In this document: positions 8,049 through 15,940 of the stretch, in pieces
How positions within the stretch are numbered: position 1 is the first letter of the stretch
Layout: each line of letters starts with the position of its first letter
The notes under the pieces: generated by a model
The model's input: only the letters and a program-made list of their open reading frames with translations
Databases searched by the model: none
What the model was told of the DNA's origin: nothing
Program-made: the position numbers and the translations under genes
Source: a virus
Virus record (IMG/VR): IMGVR_UViG_3300045988_134434
DNA: 36,924 nucleotides
Reading direction: 5' to 3' (one strand)

Positions 8049-8275
8049 GAGAATTAGATATGGATGTAGTTGAAGAATATTTGAAGAACCTGAAAGGTTT
8101 GATGATGCAGAAAAGTATTTCGAATCACTAAGTGAGGAACAGCTTAAGGATATAGAGTCTACAAAAGAATATGCTGCATTTTTGAAAATCTGGGCAAATC
8201 TTGAAAGGTTATACCCACTTGCAAAGGCAGCAGGATGTACTAGGGTGACATACTACGAAAGTTAGGTGATTATAT

Positions 8276-8461
8276 GTGAAGGCTCCATGCTATAAATGCG
8301 AACAACGACATGTAAATTGTCATGACAATTGCCTGAAATACAAGGAATATCGAAAGGAGCGAGAGTACGTGTATAAAAAAGCAAAGGAAAGTGTTGATTT
8401 GAGAGGATATTTTCAAGATGAACTTAATAAGAATGTTTTTGGAAGGGGAAAGAAAAAATGA
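8276..8461 (+). CDS. Small Cys-rich hypothetical protein.
   Basis: GTG start with an AGGTGA RBS. CYKCEQRHVNCHDNC motif. Confidence 0.35.
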   Translation: MKAPCYKCEQRHVNCHDNCLKYKEYRKEREYVYKKAKESVDLRGYFQDELNKNVFGRGKKK

Positions 8462-8793
8462 TGGAATGGATTTACAAACATAGATGTAAAATTTATGCCG
8501 TAGCTCTAATTTGTAGTTTTGATATGGGGGTGTTTGTAGGATATGGAATTGTGAAGCAGGAAGCTAAGACTTACGTAGGGACAGTCATTAAGAAAGACTA
8601 CCAGCCAAGTGAGATAAAGTACGAAAGAAGAGACGAGTGGATTGATGGCAAGTTGAAAGTAGTCAAGGTGCCTGAAAGAGCAGAAGAGCAGTACTCCTTT
8701 TTACTAAAGGATGTTTTTGGAAGCCAAACAACAGTTTTTGTTACAAAAGAAGAGTACAAGCAATTTGAAATCGGTGATAAATACAGGAGGTAG
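8458..8793 (+). CDS. Hypothetical membrane-anchored protein.
   Basis: N-terminal hydrophobic helix IYAVALICSFDMGVFVGYGIV. Confidence 0.4.
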   Translation: MMEWIYKHRCKIYAVALICSFDMGVFVGYGIVKQEAKTYVGTVIKKDYQPSEIKYERRDEWIDGKLKVVKVPERAEEQYSFLLKDVFGSQTTVFVTKEEYKQFEIGDKYRR

Positions 8794-8798
8794 GATAT

Positions 8799-9032
8799 AT
8801 GAATGTGGCTATTAGATATAGAGATGGGGTTATATTTAATCCTGACTGCATATATGCAGATGAGCGACCAGAAAATTATATAGAAAAGGGAAGACTAGTT
8901 GCTAAAAAGGGGCTAGATTACTATACGCTTCAAGAATACAAAACTCATCTTGAAGCAGTAAATCACTTAAATCAAATTATTGAAGAATACTTACAACTCA
9001 AATACTTAGTAATTGACTTGCAAGACAATTAA
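8799..9032 (+). CDS. Hypothetical protein.
   Basis: ORF with an AGGAGG RBS. Confidence 0.4.
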   Translation: MNVAIRYRDGVIFNPDCIYADERPENYIEKGRLVAKKGLDYYTLQEYKTHLEAVNHLNQIIEEYLQLKYLVIDLQDN

Positions 9033-9050
9033 AAAGAAAGGGAGGATAAT

Positions 9051-9368
9051 ATGACAAATAATATAACCGAGGCTGTTGAGAATATGCTTGATACGTTAGA
9101 AAATTTAACGCGTAAACAAAAAGAGGATGAAAACGAAGAACTGGACATGATAAATAGCCCAGCCCATTACAAGCTAGATGGCTTAGATATAGAGTCTAAG
9201 GATGTCCTAAAATCTGTGCTAGGCACTAAAGGGTATGTACACTGGGCTTGTGGCAATGCTATGAAATATTTGTTTAGGTGGGAGAAGAAGAATGGTCTTG
9301 AAGATTTAAAGAAAGCCAGGAAGAATTTAGACTTTGCTATTGAGACTTTGGAAGGTGCGAGTGAGTGA
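9051..9368 (+). CDS. DUF3310-like phage protein.
   Basis: SPAHYK...GNAMKYLFRW...DLKKA pattern, recalled from memory as typical of the DUF3310 family. A GGGAGG RBS is present. Confidence 0.45.
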   Translation: MTNNITEAVENMLDTLENLTRKQKEDENEELDMINSPAHYKLDGLDIESKDVLKSVLGTKGYVHWACGNAMKYLFRWEKKNGLEDLKKARKNLDFAIETLEGASE

Positions 9369-9369
9369 T

Positions 9370-9447
9370 ATGAGACGTGTCGATTACATTGTTTTAGGAT
9401 GGTATTTAGCTTGGATGTTAATATTCTTATCGGTTTTATTTAAATAA
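9370..9447 (+). CDS. 25-aa hydrophobic peptide MRRVDYIVLGWYLAWMLIFLSVLFK. Paralog of the peptide at 13756-13833.
   Basis: The two copies are codon-aligned, with an identical 3' half and an equal-length diverged 5' half that preserves the reading frame. They share downstream RBS/ATG AAT context. Confidence 0.5.
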   Translation: MRRVDYIVLGWYLAWMLIFLSVLFK

Positions 9448-9461
9448 AGAGAGGTGTAAAA

Positions 9462-10508
9462 ATGAATTTCTTAGACTGTTTCGCTGGGATAGGTGGTTTT
9501 AGATTAGGCTTAGAAAAAGCAGGTCATACTTGCATAGGATACGTTGAGAAAGATAAATATGCAAGACAAAGTTATGAGGCTATATATGATACAGGAAAGG
9601 AAAAGTTAATTGGAGAAGATATTACAAAAATTACAGATGAAGAATTTAGAAAACTTAGAGGAAAAGTTGATATGTTGGTCGGGGGATTCCCTTGCCAAGC
9701 TTTTAGTATCGCAGGACATAAAAGGGGGTTTAGTGATACCCGAGGAACTTTATTCTTTGAACTTGTTAGAGCAACCAAACAAATCAAACCACAGATTTTG
9801 TTATTTGAGAACGTCAAAAACTTATTGTCACACGACGAAGGAAAGACATTTGAAACTATCCTCTATACGCTGGATGAGTTGGGGTATGATGTCGAATGGC
9901 AATTGCTTAACTCAAAAAATCACGGAGTTCCACAACACAGAGAAAGAGTGTTCATTGTTGGACATCTTAGAGGAGAACGTGGACGAAAAGTATTTCCTAT
10001 CAGATCGAGTTATAAACAAATTCCTAACAGAAACGAAAAATCAACTAATACCATTACAGCAAGGTATGGAGAGGCACAATCCAACGGATCGTATGTTATT
10101 GAAAATAAGCAAAAGAAAAAAGTAGATAAACTTACTATTTTAGTGAAAGAAGCAACAGTAAAAGGTTATACGGAAGCATGTTTGGGGGACTCAATTAATT
10201 TAGAGTACCCAGACAGTAAAACTAGACGAGGTAGGGTAGGCAAGAAAGTTGCACAAACTTTAACCTCATCATGTAATCAAGGAGTAATAATTTCAGTAGA
10301 GGATACGCAAGTGGTTATGCCTGAAAATACCAAAGAAAAATATAGAGTTAGGAAATTAACTCCTAAAGAGTGCTGGAGATTACAAGGTTTCCCTGACTGG
10401 GCATTTGATAAAGCAAGATCGAGTGGGGTAAGCGACTCACAGCTTTATAAGCAAGCAGGTAATGCAGTTACAGTAAATGTAGCATATGAAATAGGCTTAA
10501 GATTATAA
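9462..10508 (+). CDS. DNA (cytosine-5)-methyltransferase.
   Basis: Motif I FAGIGGF, motif IV GFPCQAFS, motif VI ENVKNL, motif VIII QHRERVFIVG, motif X GNAVTVNVAYEIG. Confidence 0.9.
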   Translation: MNFLDCFAGIGGFRLGLEKAGHTCIGYVEKDKYARQSYEAIYDTGKEKLIGEDITKITDEEFRKLRGKVDMLVGGFPCQAFSIAGHKRGFSDTRGTLFFELVRATKQIKPQILLFENVKNLLSHDEGKTFETILYTLDELGYDVEWQLLNSKNHGVPQHRERVFIVGHLRGERGRKVFPIRSSYKQIPNRNEKSTNTITARYGEAQSNGSYVIENKQKKKVDKLTILVKEATVKGYTEACLGDSINLEYPDSKTRRGRVGKKVAQTLTSSCNQGVIISVEDTQVVMPENTKEKYRVRKLTPKECWRLQGFPDWAFDKARSSGVSDSQLYKQAGNAVTVNVAYEIGLRL

Positions 10509-10627
10509 ATAGATAGTGAATATTTAGGAGAGCAAAGGGATGAATTTATTTGGCAAGAAAGCAACTGGGCCAATATACGGAAGATTAGGGAGAAAAATAG
10601 AGACTTTGGAAGGTGTTGGTGAGTGAT

Positions 10628-10825
10628 ATGGATCTAGATAATAATTTACAAATAATTACAGCGACTTACGCTGCATCTTATTTGGAAGAAGCAATATGCG
10701 GCATAGACAAATACATAGATATCTTACCGACTGATGATTATAAAGCACAAGTTATCGCAACAAAAAGATTGTATAGTGAACATTTAAAGAAATTAAAAGA
10801 GTGGCTTGAAAGTCAGGGAAAATAG
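10628..10825 (+). CDS. Hypothetical protein.
   Basis: ATG 10628 follows a repeated junction sequence. Moderate coding potential. Confidence 0.4.
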   Translation: MDLDNNLQIITATYAASYLEEAICGIDKYIDILPTDDYKAQVIATKRLYSEHLKKLKEWLESQGK

Positions 10826-10837
10826 AGAGGTTAAAAA

Positions 10838-11317
10838 ATGAACAACGATATAAGAAAACTAGTAGATGACAACTGGGAAGATATAAAAGAGCTTATTGTT
10901 AAAAAAGTGGAGGCAGAGCAGAAGCCTAAGAGTATATGGGATCTGAATATAGAAGAAGGTGAAGAATATTATGTTTTATGGTCTGATGGTAGTACAGGTT
11001 GTCATATCTTTAATAGCCAAGATGATGAAGTTCTTAGAGAAATGGGGAATGTCTTCTTGACTAGAGAAGAAGCTGAATTTGAAAAAGAAAGAAGAAAGAT
11101 AGAGGCTATCCTAAGGAAGTATAGCAGACCATTTAAAAATGGTGAATGCAATTATATAGTTGTATGTGATACTGAAGATAACATGATGTTTATACGTGTG
11201 GCACAATTTCACTATTTAGGTGGTCCAGTCTTTGCAAGCGAAGAAATAGCCCAAAAGGTAATTGATGAAATTGGTGAAGATAGACTTGTAAAGTATTGGT
11301 TTAGGGTTACTGAATAG
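10838..11317 (+). CDS. Hypothetical protein.
   Basis: ORF with a GAGAGG RBS. Confidence 0.4.
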   Translation: MNNDIRKLVDDNWEDIKELIVKKVEAEQKPKSIWDLNIEEGEEYYVLWSDGSTGCHIFNSQDDEVLREMGNVFLTREEAEFEKERRKIEAILRKYSRPFKNGECNYIVVCDTEDNMMFIRVAQFHYLGGPVFASEEIAQKVIDEIGEDRLVKYWFRVTE

Positions 11318-11372
11318 TGTAATAGTGGGATATGCAAAAATTGCACAAGCCATCATAAAGGGAGGAAAAAAC

Positions 11373-11630
11373 ATGGACGAAAATCAAAAACAAAAATTTA
11401 AAATAAAGCTAATATCTCTAGATGAAAAGCTAAGGAAAAAACGAAATTTAGAAATGGAAATAAATCGTCGATGGAATGTATTGTTAGGCGAAGAATCATT
11501 GACAAATACTGACAGGCATTTAATATCAACAGCTTTAAATAGTCAATTTGGTAGTATTGAAAGCAAAATCAAACAAGAATATAAGAATCACAACAGAGAA
11601 CTACCAGAGATTTTAAGAGATTGGATATAA
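11373..11630 (+). CDS. Hypothetical coiled-coil protein.
   Basis: AAGGGAGG RBS upstream of ATG 11373. Confidence 0.4.
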   Translation: MDENQKQKFKIKLISLDEKLRKKRNLEMEINRRWNVLLGEESLTNTDRHLISTALNSQFGSIESKIKQEYKNHNRELPEILRDWI

Positions 11631-11641
11631 GGAGATGGAGA

Positions 11642-12040
11642 ATGAATAATGTTGTTATAGTTGGAAGATTAACCAAGGATCCTGAGCTTAGATATTTAAC
11701 ATCAGGAACAGCAGTAGCCACATTTACAATGGCTATTGATAGAGATTATAAGAATAAGGATGGGTCCATTACTACAGACTTCATACCAGTAGAGATTATG
11801 GGCAAGCCTGCAGAGTTTGTAGCTAACTACATAACCAAAGGCAGGTTAGTAGGTGTTCAGGGGTCTATCAGGGTTGATAGGTACGAAACACCGGATGGAG
11901 AAAAAAGGACATTCACAAAGGTAGCAGGTAGAAATATACAAGCACTAGAGAGTAAGTCAAAGGCTGAACAGGGCGAACAAACACCGAAAGAGGCACCGGC
12001 CGAGTTTAGTGCAGTAGATGATGACGATGTGCCATTCTAA
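11642..12040 (+). CDS. ssb: Single-stranded DNA-binding protein.
   Basis: OB-fold N-terminus VVIVGRLTKDPELRYL...TFTMA. An acidic C-terminal tail ends DDDDVPF. Confidence 0.9.
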   Translation: MNNVVIVGRLTKDPELRYLTSGTAVATFTMAIDRDYKNKDGSITTDFIPVEIMGKPAEFVANYITKGRLVGVQGSIRVDRYETPDGEKRTFTKVAGRNIQALESKSKAEQGEQTPKEAPAEFSAVDDDDVPF

Positions 12041-12054
12041 GGATCAGGTGAACA

Positions 12055-13305
12055 ATGATTAATTCAGAAATATTATATCGATTATTTGAATGTAAAGAAG
12101 GATTTGAACTTCCTGATAAAATTATCGATTTATATATAAATAATAGACAAAGATTAGAGAATATAGCCAATGAATTATCTAAAGGGATAGACCTTAACGA
12201 CAAGGATAGCGATTTGTTTTTAGAATATTTTCAGACTGAACACAGTGACAGAAAGGCCTTAAAACAGGACTATACACCGGGCGAAATAAGTAAGCTTATA
12301 TACAAGTTGGTCAAAAGAGATGGACTTGTGCTAGATCTTTGTGCGGGAACTGGAAGCTTATCTATTCCTTGGTTGATAGATGGCAATAGCAATGAAAGGA
12401 TAATGGAATTCAGGGAATACTCCAAAAGGGCCACTGCATTTTTGTTATTAAACTTGATAATAAGAAAAGCAAATGCAACGGTAAGGCAAATGGATGTATT
12501 AACAGGGGAATGCTTCCAGATGTTAGAAGTGGGGTCGCCACCAAACATTGAACATAAGTTTGATGTTATTATTTCAAACCCACCTTATTCACAAAATTGG
12601 AGCCCAGTTTCGCTAATAGATGAATTAAAAGCACCACCAAAATCAAAGGCAGATTATGCATTTATAATTAGAGGATTGGAAAACCTTAGCGATGATGGTG
12701 TTATGGTGATGGTCTTACCACATGGGGTTCTATTTAGAGGGAATGCAGAAGGCGAAATAAGGAAGTGGTTATTGGAAAAGGGATATATTGAAGCTGTGAT
12801 TGGACTACCTGATTCAATGTTCCAAAATACAGGAATACCGGTTTGCTTAGTCATTTTTAGGAAAAATCGCAAGGACAAAAATGTATTATTTATCGATGCA
12901 AGTAGAGAATTTATTAAGATTAATAAATTCAACAAGCTGGAAGAAAAACACATTGATAAAATTGATTCGGTTTACAAAAATAAATTTGAAGTTAAAAAAT
13001 ATTCGCATATTGCAAGTTATGAAGAGATTAAGAAAAATGACTTTAACCTAAACATTCCAAGATACGTGGATACATCTGAAAAGGAAGAATGCGAACCCTT
13101 AGACGTTGCTATGGCCGATTTATTGGCAATACAGACAGACATAGTTAAGACTCAGGGAGAGTTTATATCTATGATGAAAGAATTGACCGGTAATAGTGAT
13201 GAAGTGCAGCGTGAATTAAATAAGGCTGTTGAGTTTTTGAATGATTCTCAAAAAGTGGAGGTGAATATGCTTGAAAGTGTTGTTAAAGAATTTAGCAAAT
13301 GTTGA
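12055..13305 (+). CDS. N6-adenine DNA methyltransferase, gamma class, HsdM-like.
   Basis: DYTPGEISKLIYKLV...LDLCAGTGSL (motifs X and I), ISNPPYS (motif IV, NPPY). Confidence 0.8.
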   Translation: MINSEILYRLFECKEGFELPDKIIDLYINNRQRLENIANELSKGIDLNDKDSDLFLEYFQTEHSDRKALKQDYTPGEISKLIYKLVKRDGLVLDLCAGTGSLSIPWLIDGNSNERIMEFREYSKRATAFLLLNLIIRKANATVRQMDVLTGECFQMLEVGSPPNIEHKFDVIISNPPYSQNWSPVSLIDELKAPPKSKADYAFIIRGLENLSDDGVMVMVLPHGVLFRGNAEGEIRKWLLEKGYIEAVIGLPDSMFQNTGIPVCLVIFRKNRKDKNVLFIDASREFIKINKFNKLEEKHIDKIDSVYKNKFEVKKYSHIASYEEIKKNDFNLNIPRYVDTSEKEECEPLDVAMADLLAIQTDIVKTQGEFISMMKELTGNSDEVQRELNKAVEFLNDSQKVEVNMLESVVKEFSKC

Positions 13306-13696
13306 TAGAGTAAAAAAAGGACGAATATATAAGTCTGGAACTGTATATATAGGAGTGAGTGCAACCAGAGGTGGGGATGTGCATTACTTAGAAGAAGATG
13401 GAGAAATTGAAGATAAATATGCTGCAGTGGAATTTGATGGAAGATATAACAGTAAATATTTATATTATGCTATATTATCTGTTCATGAAAAATGGCTAAG
13501 CAAGTATATTCAAAATATCAATGTTCCGATTTCAAATTTAAAAGAAATGGAAATTGATATTGTCACAGATGTTAACAAACAAAATGAGATAGTAAACAAG
13601 CTTAATTTGTTGGATGCCTGGGCAGAAAGCGAAAAACAAATGATAAGTGCCTGGAAAAGTGTCAAAAAAACAGCTTTAGAAAAAATGTTTATATAA
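13271..13696 (+). CDS. Half HsdS-like specificity subunit (single target-recognition domain plus the conserved helical region). Probable partner of the upstream N6-MTase.
   Basis: The C-terminal pattern VPISNLKEMEIDIV...LLDAWAESEKQMISAWKSVKKTALEKMF resembles the HsdS conserved region (PLPPLxEQxxIv...L..lF). A TTG start overlaps the MTase 3' end. Confidence 0.5.
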   Translation: MKVLLKNLANVDRVKKGRIYKSGTVYIGVSATRGGDVHYLEEDGEIEDKYAAVEFDGRYNSKYLYYAILSVHEKWLSKYIQNINVPISNLKEMEIDIVTDVNKQNEIVNKLNLLDAWAESEKQMISAWKSVKKTALEKMFI

Positions 13697-13755
13697 CACA
13701 AAAGGATATCATAGATAGGGGCAATATGAGTTACTTATAATATAAGGAGAATAAC

Positions 13756-13833
13756 ATGAGAAATGATAGTTATATTTATATAGGATGGGGATTAGCTTGG
13801 ATGTTAATATTCTTATCGGTTTTATTTGATTAG
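13756..13833 (+). CDS. 25-aa hydrophobic peptide MRNDSYIYIGWGLAWMLIFLSVLFD. Paralog of the peptide at 9370-9447.
   Basis: AAGGAGA RBS. Frame-preserving paralogy with 9370-9447. Confidence 0.5.
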   Translation: MRNDSYIYIGWGLAWMLIFLSVLFD

Positions 13834-13845
13834 AGAGGTGTAGAA

Positions 13846-13914
13846 ATGAATGAGGAGCCACTAGAATCATCGACAGAGTTTGCTGCAGTAGATGATGGTG
13901 ACATTCCATTATAG
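13846..13914 (+). CDS. 22-aa ORF MNEEPLESSTEFAAVDDGDIPL that mimics the SSB C-terminal tail. Either a remnant of an ssb 3' end or a tail-mimic peptide.
   Basis: SSB ends EFSAVDDDDVPF, and the nucleotide similarity to the ssb 3' end is visible. GAGGTG RBS plus ATG AAT, identical to the start context of the C5-MTase gene. Confidence 0.35.
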   Translation: MNEEPLESSTEFAAVDDGDIPL

Positions 13915-13924
13915 GAGGGGTATT

Positions 13925-14092
13925 ATGTGGGTTAAGATATTTCCGAATGAGTGCGAATTTTGTGGGAGTAAGAAAATAAAAAGCAAGAGTTCCATAGGAA
14001 CTTTATATGTATGCCCAAGGTGCGGTATGGTTCATGGACAATTGAATAATAAAGGAGTGCAGAAGCATGTATGTAAGGGCAAGGTGAGGTGA
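13925..14092 (+). CDS. Small zinc-ribbon protein.
   Basis: CEFCGS...CPRCG. GGAGGGG RBS upstream of ATG 13925. Confidence 0.45.
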   Translation: MWVKIFPNECEFCGSKKIKSKSSIGTLYVCPRCGMVHGQLNNKGVQKHVCKGKVR

Positions 14093-14096
14093 TACA

Positions 14097-14561
14097 ATGA
14101 AAAAGGTAAGAGTTAAAAAGGAATTTTTTGAGAGTACTGAGGTTATATTAAGAAATCATAGGGGCATAATCAGGCACATTGGGATTCTAGAGAATACTAT
14201 GGATGAAATAAAAGAGTATAAATCAAGAGGTATTAAATCCATATCTACAGATGGAGTAAAGATATCATCATTTCCAGGGGATTCTATTGGCAAACAGGTA
14301 GTCAAGGTGTCAGAAATGTTGGAGAGAGTACAGAGGGAAATTGATGATGAGAAAAAATATATAAGTCTTGTTGAAAAAGGGATGTCTAACTTAACTGATC
14401 AAGAGAAAGAGATTATTGAAATGAGGTATTTTGACAATATCCCAGATTCTAAAATAGCTTTATATACCAATTACGAGAGGTCTAATATATTTAGAAAGAG
14501 AGTGGCAGCAGTTAGAAAGTTAGCTGTAGTAATATATGGCATAAAGTGTCTAGAATCATAA
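14097..14561 (+). CDS. ArpU-like / sigma-70 region-4-like phage transcriptional regulator.
   Basis: C-terminus LTDQEKEIIEMRYFDNIPDSKIALYTNYERSNIFRKRVAAVRKLA (region-4 HTH). Confidence 0.55.
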   Translation: MKKVRVKKEFFESTEVILRNHRGIIRHIGILENTMDEIKEYKSRGIKSISTDGVKISSFPGDSIGKQVVKVSEMLERVQREIDDEKKYISLVEKGMSNLTDQEKEIIEMRYFDNIPDSKIALYTNYERSNIFRKRVAAVRKLAVVIYGIKCLES

Positions 14562-14689
14562 ATTATAGTGCGAAAAATGACCTGAAATAATACAGAAGGT
14601 TGCAACAAATGTGCAACAAAAAGCCCCTAAATCTGTGTTATCATGTAACTAAGTAAAAGAGTCAGTATTTGTATTATTATCATAAACAC

Positions 14690-14730
14690 AGAGAAGAGAG
14701 AGGAAAAACCCTCTTTCTTTTTTGTTGTCA
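14690..14730 (+). terminator. Probable rho-independent terminator.
   Basis: gagagagg-aaaaa-ccctctttc followed by TTTTTTG. Confidence 0.45.
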
Positions 14731-14758
14731 AAAAATATAAGAAAAGGGGGGATGATAT

Positions 14759-15307
14759 GTGAATTATGTCGAGCCTATAAGAGACAATAATAAACTAGAA
14801 GATATATTGAAGTATCTGAAGAAAACAAACAAAAGAAACTATATACTTTTTTGTCTGGGACTATATACTGGACTAAGAATATCTGATATCTTGAAACTCC
14901 AAGTAAAGCATGTAAAAGACAAAGATAGTATAAGGATTAAAGAGAAGAAGACCAATAAAAGTAGGGTTATTAAGATTAACAAATTCTTAAAAAAGGAGCT
15001 AGATACATATATTGATGGCAAGGAAGAGTACGAATATTTAATTGCAAACTCTAAGACAGGTATTGACCCAATATCAAGACAACATGCTTATAAGATCATC
15101 AGAGATACATGTAATGGCTTTGGTATAGAAAATGTTGGTACACATTCTCTTAGAAAAACATTCGGTTACAATTACTATAACAAGACAAAGAATATTGCAG
15201 TGCTTCAGAATATATTTAATCATAGTGAGCCGTCAATTACTCTTAGATACATAGGGATTAACCAAGATACAATATCTGATGCTTATGAGTCTATGAGTTA
15301 TTTTTAA
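14759..15307 (+). CDS. Catalytic-domain-only tyrosine recombinase (182 aa, FimB/FimE-sized).
   Basis: R in GLRISDILKL, HSLRKTF (HxxR), catalytic Y in ITLRYIG. There is no N-terminal core-binding domain. GTG start with a GGGGGG RBS. Confidence 0.75.
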   Translation: MNYVEPIRDNNKLEDILKYLKKTNKRNYILFCLGLYTGLRISDILKLQVKHVKDKDSIRIKEKKTNKSRVIKINKFLKKELDTYIDGKEEYEYLIANSKTGIDPISRQHAYKIIRDTCNGFGIENVGTHSLRKTFGYNYYNKTKNIAVLQNIFNHSEPSITLRYIGINQDTISDAYESMSYF

Positions 15308-15334
15308 TTTGATTAAATTATTACATATTGAGGG

Positions 15335-15461
15335 GGTGTAATATCTGATGATTAATTTGACGTTTATGATGTATGTCAAATATCTATGATATCAATATGT
15401 TTCCCCATTTATAAATATAGCATATGAAATATTACAGAATATTAGATATGTCATATTTCAA
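15335..15461. promoter_or_regulatory. Inverted-repeat-rich segment downstream of the mini-recombinase. Candidate recombination site or invertible promoter.
   Basis: tgtaatat (15337-15344) and its reverse complement atattaca (15429-15436). tgaaatat (15426-15433) and atatttca (15453-15460). Palindrome tttgac-(12 nt)-gtcaaa at 15356-15380. On the minus strand TTGACA (rc of 15374-15379) sits 17 nt from ATTAAT (rc of 15351-15356). Confidence 0.3.
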
Positions 15462-15520
15462 TGGGTGATTTGAGGACAAATAATTAATTAAAAACTGAAT
15501 GGGTGAAAGGGGGATTCATT

Positions 15521-15940
15521 GTGACACCTAAGAGATATTTAGAGCAAATTCAGGTACTGGAAGCAAAGATAGATTTAAAGCGAGATCAGATAATTGAGGA
15601 GCGAACAAGAGCACAGTCTTGCACGACTGCAATGTCAGAAAGAGTTCAGACTTCACCATGCAGTGATAGTCTTGCCAATATAATTACTAGGATATATGAT
15701 TTTGAAAAGGACATGGCTAATATGATAAACGAATTAATTGACTTAAAACAAGATTCCATATCCAAGATAGATAAGATGAATAATCCGGACTATGTCAGGA
15801 TATTAATGTTAAGATATTTCAAAGGGTATTCACTTATGCAGATAGCCAATGAAATGAATTATAGCTACAGTCACATTAAGCGTAAACATGGGTGGGCCTT
15901 GGAAGAATTCAAACGATATATGAATGATGGGCCACAATGA
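15521..15940 (+). CDS. Sigma-70 region-4-like late transcriptional activator (RinA/DUF1492-like).
   Basis: C-terminus YVRILMLRYFKGYSLMQIANEMNYSYSHIKRKH. GTG start with an AAAGGGGGA RBS. It lies upstream of the packaging genes. Confidence 0.5.
   Translation: MTPKRYLEQIQVLEAKIDLKRDQIIEERTRAQSCTTAMSERVQTSPCSDSLANIITRIYDFEKDMANMINELIDLKQDSISKIDKMNNPDYVRILMLRYFKGYSLMQIANEMNYSYSHIKRKHGWALEEFKRYMNDGPQ

Noticed and set aside
9610-10125. 171-aa alternative-frame ORF inside the C5-MTase gene.
   Set aside because: The overlapping frame is fully explained by the MTase gene, whose motifs I, IV, VI, VIII and X are all in the other frame.
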